Below are positions 45,864 through 56,600 of a stretch of 64,000 bases of DNA, piece after piece. Origin of the DNA: Prasinococcaceae sp. CCMP 1430. Its lineage: Eukaryota; Plantae; Prasinodermophyta. The number at the start of each line of letters is the position of its first letter. Within the stretch, counting starts at the first letter, position 1. The stretch lies in NCBI GenBank assembly GCA_013416795.1, contig RQSC01000006.1, positions 22,541 through 86,540 of the forward strand, given 5' to 3'. Below the pieces are notes generated by a model. That model did no database searches. It saw only the letters and a program-made list of their open reading frames with translations, and had not been told where the DNA came from. The translations under genes and the position numbers were made by a program.

Positions 45864-46266
45864 GGGCAAGCAGGCGCGGCGGGTTCGTGCGCCACCCGGG
45901 CCTGGTACCTCCCAGCAAGGCGGGATGCCCTTGGCAGATGAGTGGACCGCGCAGTTGCGAGGCTGCCTGAGCAACCCGAGAAGCGCCGCTGTAGTCACGA
46001 CCGCGGCGCGCACTGTAATGTAGACAAGATCATGGCGAGGACGCAGGCTCACACCCATGCAGCGGCCACGCGCAACAGGGGGGGGCAGCGCGTGCGTGTC
46101 GGGGCCAGTGCTTCTCTCCTGTTCACAAAAATGGAGAGGTTCTTAGAGAAAGTGTTTCAACCCGCCGACAGCGCGATTCGTCGATCGCACCGATCCGTCG
46201 ATAATCCTTCGGCGGTTGCGCTGCTAGTGTGTTCGCGAGCGCGAGTATGTGTACGCGCCGCCGCGC

Positions 46267-48773
46267 TTACAGCTTCGAGGCCACCGCCGGTGCCGCGTCG
46301 CCAAGGCACGCCTCCGCCGGCAGGTACTTCTCGAGCACGTTCGGCGCGTGCAGCATGTTGAACTCCTCCGAGGCGTCCTTGCCAGCGTAGAGCGTGATCG
46401 CACGGGCGCCTCCAGGGTGGTCGGGAAGGAACTTGGTCACGTCGTAGACCTTGCCGTTCAGGATCACCCAGCAGTCCTTGTCCGTATTGTGCTTGGCCAC
46501 CTCGTCTGCCGCGATGGGACCGTCCTTCTTCGGCGCGATGACGGCCGCGGTCACAACTTCCGCCGCGGGTGCAACGGCGGCCACGGGCGCAACGGCCGCA
46601 GCGGGCTGAGCAGCAGCGGCGGGCTCGGCCTCGAGGCCGCCGCCGGCGTACACCGGAGCAGCGGCAGCGTCCTGCTGCGCACCAAAGGATATCTTGAGGC
46701 TGTTGTCGCCAGTGTCCACCTCGATGTTAACCTTGCCGCCGACGCCACCTTTCTTCTGCTGGTCAAGGAGGTCTGCGAACATCTCGTGCGACGCAGTGGC
46801 GCCGGCCACGCGGCCGTACACCACGCAGTCCAGCAGCGAGTTGCCGCCGAGGCGGTTGCGACCGTGGATGCCTCCAACGACCTCGCCGCCGCCGTACAGA
46901 CCGCGGATTGGGGTGCCGAACGGGCCGCCTGCCAGCACACGCGCGTGGTCGTCGATGGCGAGGCCGCCCATGCAGTAGTGGACGATGGGGGTGACGATCG
47001 CCGAGTGGTACACGGTGTCGTTGATGGAGAAGCCGTCAGCGTTGGTGAAGAACTTCTTGTTGTACGGGCAGCTGTTGGTCTTGGCGGCGTGCTTGTAGTC
47101 GTTGAAGGTCTGGTCGAGGGTCTCCACCGAGCAGCCGATCTCGTTCGCGAGCTCCTTGATGTTGGTAAAGCGCTTCATCACGCCGCGCGAAACGTAGTGC
47201 TTCGCGTGCCATGCGATCTCTTCCGAGCCCTTGCTGTTGAGGACCAGGCGGAAGGGGCCCTTGTTCTTCCACATCATGCCCGACACGTAGTCGCGGCGGC
47301 CGAGCTCGTCGCAGAAGCGCTTGCCGTTGGCGTCGAGCATGAGGCCGCCCACGCCGCGCAGCGCCTCCGCCGCGAGGAACTTCACCTTGGCATCGGGCTC
47401 GTCGGGGTGCACGAGGCCGGTGGGGTGCACCTGCACGGACTCCATGTCCACGGTGCCGGCGCCGATGGCCATCGACATCTTGATGCCATCGCCGGTGCAG
47501 TGCTCGCCGTTGGTGGTGGGCAGGTGCATCAGGTCCGGGCGGGTCTGGGCAAGCAGCGAGTCGCTGCCGAAGTCGGCCGCGAAGCCGCCCGTGCAGATGA
47601 TCACCGAGCCGTCCGCGCGGATTGTGCGGCCGTCCTTCTCGTAGTCGCAGCCGACGACCTTACCGCTGGCATCCTTGTGCAGGCGGGTCACGCGCGCCTT
47701 CGAGATGATGCGGGCCTTGTCGCCGTTGGTGTCCTTCTCGATCTTCTCGAGAGCCTCGAGCAGGGCGTAGGTGATGGTGAAGCCGGGGAAGCGCTCCTTG
47801 CCGCGGTGGGTGCGCGGGTGCGTGTGGCCGCCGAGGCGACTCACCAGCGACAGGTCGAGGCCGAACTTGCTGGTGAGCCAGTCAACCGACGGGCCGGACT
47901 CGTAGGCGAGCACCTTAGCGAGCGCAGGGGTGTGCGGGGGGACATCGGTCCTGCCGACGCCGGTGGCCGACTTCAGGCAGTCCTGCTCGAAGATCTCGGC
48001 GGTGTCGGGGATGCCCTTGGCCATCTGGGTCCTCGTGGGGGCGCCGTTGATGCCCGAGGTCGCCTTGGTCGAGTTGCCGCCGAGGAAGGCCATCTGTAGA
48101 GCGCGGCGGCGCGTGGCGCGTCAGTCGCGAGTCCCTCCAGCAGGGCGGCGGCGCCGGCCCATGCCGTTCGAGCGAGCCGCGCGCCGTTCGAGCCTGCGTC
48201 GCGCGGACGGGAATGCAGGCAGCGAGCGGGCGCGCACGCCGGCCGGCGCAGCGCCAGCGCGAGCGCTGCTGTAGCACGCGGCGTGCTTTCTCAGCCCGCG
48301 CGTGGGCTGGCGCGCCGCAGGCCCGAGGCAAGGCTGCCTGGGATGGAGGGGGTGGCACCTCACGCGAGAGGAAGGGAGTCCACAAAAAAAAAAACACGGG
48401 ATAAAGCGCGCGCAAAGAGTTTCGCGCAGCGCGCGCGGCGCGCGCGGGCCGTTCGCTGCAGCGGGGGAGGGCGCGGCAGGTGCACTGGGCAGACGGCGTG
48501 CACACCATCGATAGGTGTACACCCTTCTCCCATCATCCCTGCCTCGCCGGTGCGGGGAACGCCCCCCCTCGCGCGGCGTTCTCCGCCCCCTCTCGAGCCA
48601 TCGGCGCGCACGCGCGCGCCCACTGGGTAGGTTTTCCCGCGCGGCGCCGCCCCCCGCCCCGCGCGGCGCGCGCCCACCTTGTCGAGCAGCAGCACGCGCC
48701 CGCCATTCTCGATGACGGTGTGCGCGGCGCTGAGTCCCGCCAGCCCGCCGCCCACCACGATCACCTGCGACAT
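46267..48773 (-). CDS. Soluble FAD-dependent fumarate reductase (Osm1/Frd1, flavocytochrome c family) fused to a C-terminal cytochrome b5; exons 48678-48773 and 46267-48093
   Basis: VIVVGGGLAG, GGNSTKATSGING, QVHPTG, AEALRG, HYCMGG and GRNRLGGNSL; b5 domain with HPGG and FNMLH. Codon bias is very strong. Confidence 0.95.
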
Positions 48774-48939
48774 GTCCGCCGTCCGGGTGGGGGGTCGGGG
48801 GAGGTGACGGGGAAGGGCAGGGGGAGGGGGCTCGCGGGCACGCCGCGCGCGCGCGCTGTGGCCGCACCGCGCCCCACACCGAGCCCAACCACAAAAGAAG
48901 GAAAAAAAAAAAAAGCCGCGCCAGCCGCACACGTTCTCG

Positions 48940-50193
48940 GTGCGCGCCGCGGCGTCGCTCGATGCGCACGCCGGCACGGCCGCAGTCGCTGCGGTGGTGT
49001 GGCACGAGTGGGTCCCGGCCGAGGCGGCGGGCGTCGAGGCGGCGTCGGCATCGGGGTCGAGCGTGTGCGCGCGGCGGGCGCGTCCCGCCGCGCCTGCGAG
49101 CTCTGCGCTCGAGGCGAATTACGCCGCGCTCGCCGTGGGGCTCGAGGCGTGCGCCGACGCAGCGTGCTCGGCGCTTGGCGAATGCGACCCCGCGGGCGCG
49201 CGCGTGGTCGCATTGGTGCGCGACGCCACGCTCGTGCGGCAGTTCAGCGGCGAGTACAAGTGCAAGCCACACTTGAAGCCGCGCCTCGAGGCGCTGCGGC
49301 GCGCGGCGGCCGCATTCGGCGCTATCGAGCTGCGCGTGGCGCCCGCTGGCGGCGCTGAGAACGACATGCAGAACGCTGTCAAAGAGCTGCTGCGCGTTGT
49401 GAAGGCGGCGGGCACGGGCATAGACGAGACGATGGGCCCGGGGCGTTCCCTGAATGGCGGCGGTAATGACGTGGCAAGGGAGGCTGCGGTGCCGCTCAAG
49501 CCTGCGCGCAAGCGCGTGAGGGAAGGGGAGGTTTGCGGGATGGACAAGGGCCGCCCAGCGCGCGAGGGCGACTTCGAGGCAGGGCTGGCCGTCGGTCGCG
49601 CGCTCACCGCCGAGGAAGAGGCTGCCCGCCGAGCGAGTGTGCGCCATCGCCAAAAGCAGCACAACGCGAATCGATTGGACAACTTGCGAGCGGACGCGGA
49701 GCTGCTGAGGATGGGGCTGTCAGCGTCGGCGGCGGCTGCCGGCGGCGGTGGCGATGGAGGCAGTAGCGGCGCCGGCGGGTGTGGCGGCGACGCCTCCGCG
49801 CGAGGCGGCGGCACGGCGTCCAGTCGGCATGGTAGCTACGAGCCCCCGCCACCCGCGTCACCCCGCGGGCTCCTCATCTCGCGCGGCGGGGCACTGCTGC
49901 GCCGGGTGCGCAAGCTCGTTCGCGACACAGCGCACGAGCTCATGTCCATGGAGCCCGTTGAGGATGGCGACGAGATCCTTCTGGGCAAATACTGCGCCAT
50001 GGTCGCGCAAGCCGCCGCCAAGGGGGCCGAGGATGCGCTGCGCGAGGCGACGGGCGCGGCCGAGGAGGCGCCAGGGAGCGCCGACGGCACCGGCGGTGAT
50101 GAATGCCTTGAGCACGACCGTCAGAAGTGGCCGGCGCAGTCCGCCCCTCTCGAGGGCGCCGCGTGGAGGCTCGACTTCACCGGTGCCACGTAG
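48940..50193 (+). CDS. Hypothetical protein with a degenerate RNase HI-like domain; start unresolved
   Basis: EANYAALAVGLEAC...VALVRDATLVRQFSGEYKCKPHL...AFGAIELRV resembles NNxAEYxALxxGL...GDSxLVxxQxxGxYKCK of RNase HI-like folds. There is no in-frame ATG upstream of the domain. Confidence 0.6.
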   Translation: MRAAASLDAHAGTAAVAAVVWHEWVPAEAAGVEAASASGSSVCARRARPAAPASSALEANYAALAVGLEACADAACSALGECDPAGARVVALVRDATLVRQFSGEYKCKPHLKPRLEALRRAAAAFGAIELRVAPAGGAENDMQNAVKELLRVVKAAGTGIDETMGPGRSLNGGGNDVAREAAVPLKPARKRVREGEVCGMDKGRPAREGDFEAGLAVGRALTAEEEAARRASVRHRQKQHNANRLDNLRADAELLRMGLSASAAAAGGGGDGGSSGAGGCGGDASARGGGTASSRHGSYEPPPPASPRGLLISRGGALLRRVRKLVRDTAHELMSMEPVEDGDEILLGKYCAMVAQAAAKGAEDALREATGAAEEAPGSADGTGGDECLEHDRQKWPAQSAPLEGAAWRLDFTGAT

Positions 50194-50296
50194 AAGCGCT
50201 GGCAGCCCGAGGCGGCGTCTGCCACGCCCGTCCACTCTCTCGTAGCGCCGCGTGCTAGCAACGTGCTTGTGTGTAAACTATTGTACAGAATCTATG

Positions 50297-51355
50297 CTAC
50301 CGCTCCAGCCTACCGTCCCCTCCCCACATGGTCGTGTCGCTCGACATGATGTATCCCGCGTGCGCCAGTGCGGTGAGCACGCCGGCACCGAAGGCAAGGT
50401 CGCGCTGCTTCGGGTACTGTTCGATGGCGCAGCAGGTCGGCGCGACGGTCAGCGCCGCCCATGCTGGCGCGCTGCCCTCAATCATGCGGCTCTGCTCTAG
50501 CACGTGCACTGCCTACCGCTGCTGGGCGGGTGAGCCGCTATTGCTCGCGCACCGCCTGCGCGCTCGCGCGTAGTGCGGCGCGGCGCTCACCTTCCGCAGT
50601 GCCTGGCGGATGAGTGGCAGCGCCGGCGCGTACAGCAGCGGCAGCATCAGGTCCCACCGCGGCCCGCGGCGTCGGAGCGGCGCCGCCTCGCCGGCCGCCG
50701 CCGACTCCGCGTGCACGCCCGTCAGCGCGGCGCTGTTGACCCTCTGTGCGCCGCCGGCGCGCGGCGCCGCGGGCCGCTCGTCCTCCCTGGCGGAGTCAGA
50801 GTCCGCGCGCGGCGTCCCTTTGCCCCTCTTCTTGGCGGCGCGCCTCCTCCCTGCGCGCGCATCCGCCCTGCCCTTGCCGCCGAGCGCGGCGTTGAGCCTG
50901 TCCACTTCGAGCATGAGCGCCTCCCTCGAGGTGCCCAGCACCCTCTCCACGCCGCCCCACACTTCCTCCTTCACGGCGCGCCGGATGTCGTCGCCCGACG
51001 CGCCACGCGCGCGCAGCGCGCGGCGCAGCGCGGCGTTGACGCGGTCCGACTCGCGCAGCTCCGTTGCCTGGTTGCGGAAGGCGCGGCTTCGGGCGTGCTC
51101 CTGCGCCATGCGCTCGCAGCGATCGACCGCCTCGCGCAGGCGCGCGTTCTCGGCGCACGCCGCGCGAAGGTATCCCGCGCATCGCTCGAGCTGCGCGGCC
51201 AGCACTGCCGGGTCGGCGCCTTCCCCGTCGCTGTCGTCGCTCCCGACCCTCGGGTGCGTCAGCGACCTCGGAGGGGGGCCGCTCAGGTCGGGCACGTTCT
51301 TGTACGCCGAGGGCACGTGCGGCCACGCGTACGGCGCAACGTACGTCGCGTACAT
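50297..51355 (-). CDS. Coiled-coil protein ending in a small conserved membrane-protein module; exons 50591-51355 and 50297-50416
   Basis: Coiled-coil ENARLREAVDRCE segment. Spliced WDLMLPLLYAPALPLIRQALRK|YPKQRDLAFGAGVLTALAHAGYIMS through a phase-0 GT-AG intron. Confidence 0.7.
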
Positions 51356-52006
51356 CCTCGCGCCCGGCGAGCGAGTTGGGCAGGGTTGTTTGTATGTGTG
51401 TGTGTGTGGGTATGTGGGGTTGGGGGGTGGGGTGGGGTGGGGGGGAGGAGGGCGTCCGAGTGGAGGCGCGGTGGGGGCCGCCTCCTCAGGTGGCGCAGCG
51501 CCAACCGTCCGCTGCGCTCTCTGGGGCGTGGCGCGCGGCCGCCGCGTGGCCTCCTTCTCTCGCGCGCGCTGTCCGCGCGGCGCGCGCGCTGTGGCACCCG
51601 CCCGAAACCGACGCGGACAGAAGGCTGCCAACGAGGCCTCGCTGGCGCTCCGCCGGCCGCCTCCCCCTCCCCTCTTCGCCCGAGCGGCGCGCGCGCGCGC
51701 GCGCGCGCGCGCCCGCCGTTTCAAATCGCGCCGACGTCATGCGCGCGAGCACTGCGAACCCTCCATGGCCATAACCCTTATTCCTGCCGAAAAGTGACTG
51801 GGCTGGGGCGCCCGCAGCGAAACACCGGCCGGGGCAGGGCGAGCGCGCCGCCGCCAGTGCCCCGGCGGCGCTGTGCTGCGAGCGCCTGCGCGCGCGCCGC
51901 CACCGGCGCCGATCAGCGCGGCGTGCCGGTCGCCCGCGGGCTGGGCTGACGAAGACGCGCCGCGCGCGCGCCTTTGCATGTCCGGCGCACCGTGAGCCCC
52001 TCTCAG

Positions 52007-53630
52007 GACGAGCAACAGGTGTATCAGTACTGGGGATTTTCCCCCGCGCTCGACCTGCAGGACGTGGCCAAGCGCAAGGCCGTGCTCGACGGCGGTGCGG
52101 CGGGCGGCAGCGGCGGCGACAATGCCGACGGCGGCGATGGCTTCCACGCGCTTGTGGCGGGCACGTATGACTTCCGCCACGTCGCACGTACGTTGTGCCG
52201 AGCGTGGCGGCACACAGACACATGCGGCGGTGAGCTGTGCCTCGTGTCGTGGGACGTCGACGCGTCGCACACCGCGCGCCACATGCTGCTATTGGCCACG
52301 CTGCTCGACTTCGCTCTCCCGCGACGCGAGCGCGCGGAGCTCGTGCTCGAGCTGCACGGCAGCTGCTTCTTGCGCGAACGCGCCGCCGCGTACGCAGAGC
52401 GGCGTGCGAAAGAGCTGCTCGAGGTGGTGGCGGCATCTGCGGAGGGGCGCGAGCTGTCCACCGTGCTCGGGAGGCTGCTCGACCTGTCCAAGCTCAAGTA
52501 CCGCGAGCGCGACGACATCGCCGATTGTCTGCGAACGTGGTCGCGCGCGGTGCCTTTTGACATGGCGCTCGCACGCGAGCACCGCCAGCGCAAATTCTTC
52601 GCCGAGCGCTACGATGCGCGCCACGACGTTGCCGATTGGGACTACAACATGCGCCTCAAGGACGTGGCTCCCATCGTCAGGTACCAGCATTTCAGATCCT
52701 GGCGCATGGGCGGCGTCGCATATGAGCTGCGCGACGCGCGATACGAGCAGCCGAATCGCACGCTCGCCTCGATGGCGGCGGGCCGCGCGGTCGAGCAGTA
52801 TGATAGGACCACAGGCCAGCCGAAGGGGCGCTCGATCCTCAAGCGCGGCTTCTGGGGGGACATCATAACGGGGCCATACGCGGCATTCGGCGTAGAGGCG
52901 GACGATGAGAGGCTCTACGAGACATCCAACAAGGAGCAGAAGCACGACGAGCGCGCCGTTGCCGAGCACAACCTCCTGCAGATGATGTGCGAGCTCGAGG
53001 ACGCGGCGGACTACATGCCACCGAACCCTGACGCCGACGCCGACGACGCACCGCCAGCACCGCGTGCGGAGGGGGAGGCAGGGGGTTGCACGTCAGCCGA
53101 CGCGGGCGCCGACGCGGGAGGCGAGGAGCAGGGCGCGCAGGACGTCGAGCCGCCCGCGGCTGCAGCCGCGGTGCTCGCGCATGCCAAGGTGACCTTTCTG
53201 ATGGGGGACCTGCCGAAGATTTGTTTCGCCAAGCGGGCATACGCGGGGCGCTTCGACGCAGCGGCGCTTGGCTGCCGCGACGTGCACTGGCCCTCGCACG
53301 GGCTCAGCAAGACGCTCAAAGAGAGCGGCGTGGTGGCGATGGAGACGGGGCGATACATGGTGCGTCAGCAGCGCGTGCGAGCGCGCCAGCACAGGATGCG
53401 CGCTCGCACGCCGTGCGAGCGACACCTGACAATACCCTGCGCGCCCCCCGGACGCACGCGCGCGGGGCGCCGCCTCGAAGATCGAGCTCAAGCGCGACCA
53501 CAAGGGCGCGTTCGTGGAGAAGCTGCTGGAGGTTGCGAAGGGCGGGGGCCTCGAAGGCGTCGATCCGTACGATCGCACCGCCGAGGGTGCCACGCTCTAC
53601 CTACGCAAGTGCCGTCCGCAGGCCGTGTGA
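52007..53630 (+). CDS. DNAAF3: Dynein axonemal assembly factor 3 (PF22); exons 52007-53359 and 53481-53630; the ATG exon was not found
   Basis: YWGFSPALDL, DFRHVARTL, LKYRERDDI, RYDARHDVADWDYNMRL, YEQPNRTLAS and GFWGDIITGPYAAFG. Confidence 0.92.
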
Positions 53631-53856
53631 GCGGGCAGCGTGCATGACCCCACGGGGCGCGCATGCGGCACCCCGCTGGCCCACCAGCGAGACTGCGCCC
53701 GCGCCGCGCCCGCGACCCTCAAACGGCGCGAGCTGACGGCGGCAGCGCCAATAGAGGGATGAGGGCGCGGGCGCGGCGAGCGCGTTTGGCAGCACCCACC
53801 CGCATCCACGCACCCCCGGCCGCGCCGCCGAATGCGGCCCGTGCCCGAGGGTGCCC

Positions 53857-53878
53857 TTTCAATTCCGCGGAATTGAAA
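53857..53878. promoter_or_regulatory. Perfect 22-bp palindrome TTTCAATTCCGCGGAATTGAAA
   Basis: Self-complementarity checked by hand. It is intergenic and followed by an AT-rich patch. Function unknown. Confidence 0.5.
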
Positions 53879-54108
53879 TCAACCTCATGTAAATATTAAT
53901 TAGCACTACAAGTAGTCTACGCGAATGGCACGGTTCATGCACAATCGCCGAAAAGACGCTGACGCGACACAGGAGCGCCGCGCCCTCGGCGAGCGCGCTT
54001 ACATCGCGCGCGCGATGGCAGGATGTCACAACGCGCGCGCCTCGCAGCACTGTGCATCTGCACGGGGCTCTGCACCTCACTCTTCGTAACCTCTTCGCGG
54101 CGTGCACC

Positions 54109-55467
54109 ATGCGGTGCCCCCGCGTCGTCGCCTGCTCGGCAGCCTTCCTCGTCGCATCCATCGCCGCTGGTGCGTCGCTCCTCGGAGCGCAGCCCGCTGC
54201 GGCGTGGGAGTTCCAGGGCGGAGGGCCGGCACCTTCCAACCATGGCCGCCGCGAAACGCCCCCCGGCTCGTGTCGCCATAGGTGCGACGCCGACGAGCAA
54301 GTGGGCCCCGCCGAGGTGGCCAGTAGCACCAGCTACCGATGCTTCTGCGACGAATACTGCGTGATCGCCGACGACTGTTGTGTTGACGCGTGCGAGTACT
54401 GCGGTGTCGATTGTCGCTGGCCCACGCCACGCCCGACTCCCATGCCGACCAAGCGTCCCACGCCGCGCCCGAAGCCCATGCCGACCAAGCGCCCGACACC
54501 GCGCCCCACGCCCATGCCGACCAAGCGCCCGACGCCGCGCCCGACGCCCACGCCGACCAAGCGTCCCACGCCAATGCCGACCAAGCGTCCAACGCCGCGC
54601 CCCAAGCCTGTGCCGACCAGGCGCCCCACGCCGCGCCCGACAAAGAGCCCCGGGCCGCTCGATGACTGCAAGCGCGATAAGCGCCCGGTCGACCTGACGC
54701 TGTCAGCGGTGCTTGCCCTCTCCAACGCCGAGGTGCCTCGTGGCTCAAGCCCACTTCCCACCTACGCGTGGCCTCGCCAGTGCCCCGCGCCGGCGGGCTA
54801 CGAGGAGGGCGTGCAGATTGGGCCCGCCGCGATTCGCGAAGAGAGCACTGAGCAAGTCCTCGGCGGAGAGCTGGTGACAAGCCTCGGCCCGGACCGCTCG
54901 CGCGACGCGATGGGGACCTCGGTCAGCTGGGGATCGGTTCCGTTCCGCTGGGAAGGCGTCCGCTACGACACCCAGAGCTCTCTTTGCGTCACATCCAGAA
55001 TCGTCGACACGCTGTGGCGCACCAAATTGTCGTGCAAGCGCCCCACCAAGTGTAGCAAGGCCATCGACGTCCCGGTGGGCTCCATCAGCGCGTCCAACTA
55101 CATCGTCATGCCACCGTACGTGACGGACGCAGCAATTGAGGTCGCCCTGCAGGTGAACGAAGAATACACTGAAGTCCTGTCGTGGCCGCTGAGCATCCTC
55201 GAGACGCCCAACGATCCGCGCAAGAACCCCGGCCGCCGCTGCCCCGGTCCCGCGGACGCCGAGGGCCGCTGTGACGATCTTCTCTCCATCGACAGCGACA
55301 GCGGCGCTGGGCAGCGCCACGTCACGCTGAACAACGGCATTCGCTACGCGGCGAGCCTCCGCTTCGGCGCGGGCGACCACGTCACGCGCAATGGCACCTC
55401 ATTGTGGACGCGCGAGCAGTCCGTCAACCTCGCGGACCTCATCCTCCAGCTCGAGCCTCTGTGTTAG
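54109..55467 (+). CDS. Secreted protein: signal peptide, somatomedin-B-like domain, PTPRPT/PMPTKR repeats, C-terminal globular domain
   Basis: Hydrophobic N-terminus ending AAAW. Eight-Cys SCRHRC...CFCDEYCVIADDCCVDACEYC. Pro/Thr repeat stalk at about 54418-54645. Confidence 0.8.
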   Translation: MRCPRVVACSAAFLVASIAAGASLLGAQPAAAWEFQGGGPAPSNHGRRETPPGSCRHRCDADEQVGPAEVASSTSYRCFCDEYCVIADDCCVDACEYCGVDCRWPTPRPTPMPTKRPTPRPKPMPTKRPTPRPTPMPTKRPTPRPTPTPTKRPTPMPTKRPTPRPKPVPTRRPTPRPTKSPGPLDDCKRDKRPVDLTLSAVLALSNAEVPRGSSPLPTYAWPRQCPAPAGYEEGVQIGPAAIREESTEQVLGGELVTSLGPDRSRDAMGTSVSWGSVPFRWEGVRYDTQSSLCVTSRIVDTLWRTKLSCKRPTKCSKAIDVPVGSISASNYIVMPPYVTDAAIEVALQVNEEYTEVLSWPLSILETPNDPRKNPGRRCPGPADAEGRCDDLLSIDSDSGAGQRHVTLNNGIRYAASLRFGAGDHVTRNGTSLWTREQSVNLADLILQLEPLC

Positions 55468-55582
55468 AGAGCAAGTAGGCGCGGCCACCCCGCCGCCTCT
55501 CTTGGAGCGCCACGGCAGCCCTGCACTCAATCGCGGCCCCACATACGCTTGAACGCCCTGGTAAGACCGCACACATGCGCGA

Positions 55583-56390
55583 TCATTCGTAGACGACCTC
55601 CCTCGCGCTCGTGAGGACGAAGCGGACCCGCTCGAGATCGGCCTGCCGAGGCCGCCGGCACTGCACGCCCGTGGCGCGCACCCAGCGCGGGTCGGTGCGC
55701 GGTGGTACCGCGCGAGCCGCGGCACCCGGCGCGGCCGCAGCGCCCGCGCATAGCTCCTCCATCACGCGCGCGTCGCCCGCATAGAAGAGCGGCGCGCCGC
55801 TCGGCAGTAGCTCGCACGCTGAGGCGAGCGCCTCGCCACCCTCCGCGAAGAGCCTGACGGTCTCTCTCGCGCGCAGGCGCGCGCCCTCGCTGCGCCCGCC
55901 GCCGCCGCCCTTGTTACTTCGTTTGAAGTGCAGCTGTGCGCGCCCCTGCTTCCGCCGCCGCGTGTACGCGGTCGTGACCTTCGAGAAGGCGACTTCGCCT
56001 TGCACGTAGGCGCCAACGACGACCTCCTCGGCGGTGGCCAATACAATGGCGTAGTGATCGGGCTCGCCACCTCGCGACAGCCGCAGCGCATACGCCGCGG
56101 CCGCCTCTCCCGCGGTCGGCGGCAGCGACTGAGGCGCGTGGAACGTCCACGCGGCCGCGCGCGGCGCGGTGACCGCGCCTGCCGCCGCGCATGCGTAGCC
56201 CCCAGGGACCGGCTCAACATCCACACCGCCGTGCACGACGCGCGCCGCGAGCAGCTGCGCGGCGGGAAGCGCGGCGAGCCGCCGCTCGCTCGCGGGCGAG
56301 GCGCCCGGCGCGGGCGCCAGCGGCACGCGGAACTCCTCGCCCGCCCAGCCCGGGAGCGGATTGGCCGCAAGGAAGGCGTCGTACTCCGCA
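55583..56390 (-). CDS. Stand-alone VLRF1 (Vms1/ANKZF1-type release-factor-like) domain protein; 5' exon missing
   Basis: KVTTAYTRRRKQGRAQ...RSEGARLRARET, DPRW and RRPRQADLERV match VLRF1 hallmarks. A CTGCAG acceptor ends at 56391. Confidence 0.75.
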
Positions 56391-56466
56391 CTGCAGCGCG
56401 TGCGCGTGCGCTCGCACTTGCGCGTGCGGGCGTGCACGCCCCGCGCGCGAGAGAGAGCACGCGCAG

Positions 56467-56597
56467 GTGACGGCCGTCACGCAGGCGCTCGGCAGGCTGC
56501 GCAAGGACCAGCAGGACGGCGTGGCGGTCAGCGCGGAGGAGGCGGCGGTGATCCGCGGCTTCGCGCAGCGCGTGCACAACCGCCTGATGCGCCACAG
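56467..56597 (+). CDS. Orphan exon (VTAVTQALGRLRKDQQ...RVHNRLMRH) of an unidentified gene
   Basis: Preceded by a GCAG acceptor, strong GC3 codon bias, and cut at the single N (56600). Confidence 0.45.
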
Positions 56598-56600
56598 GCN

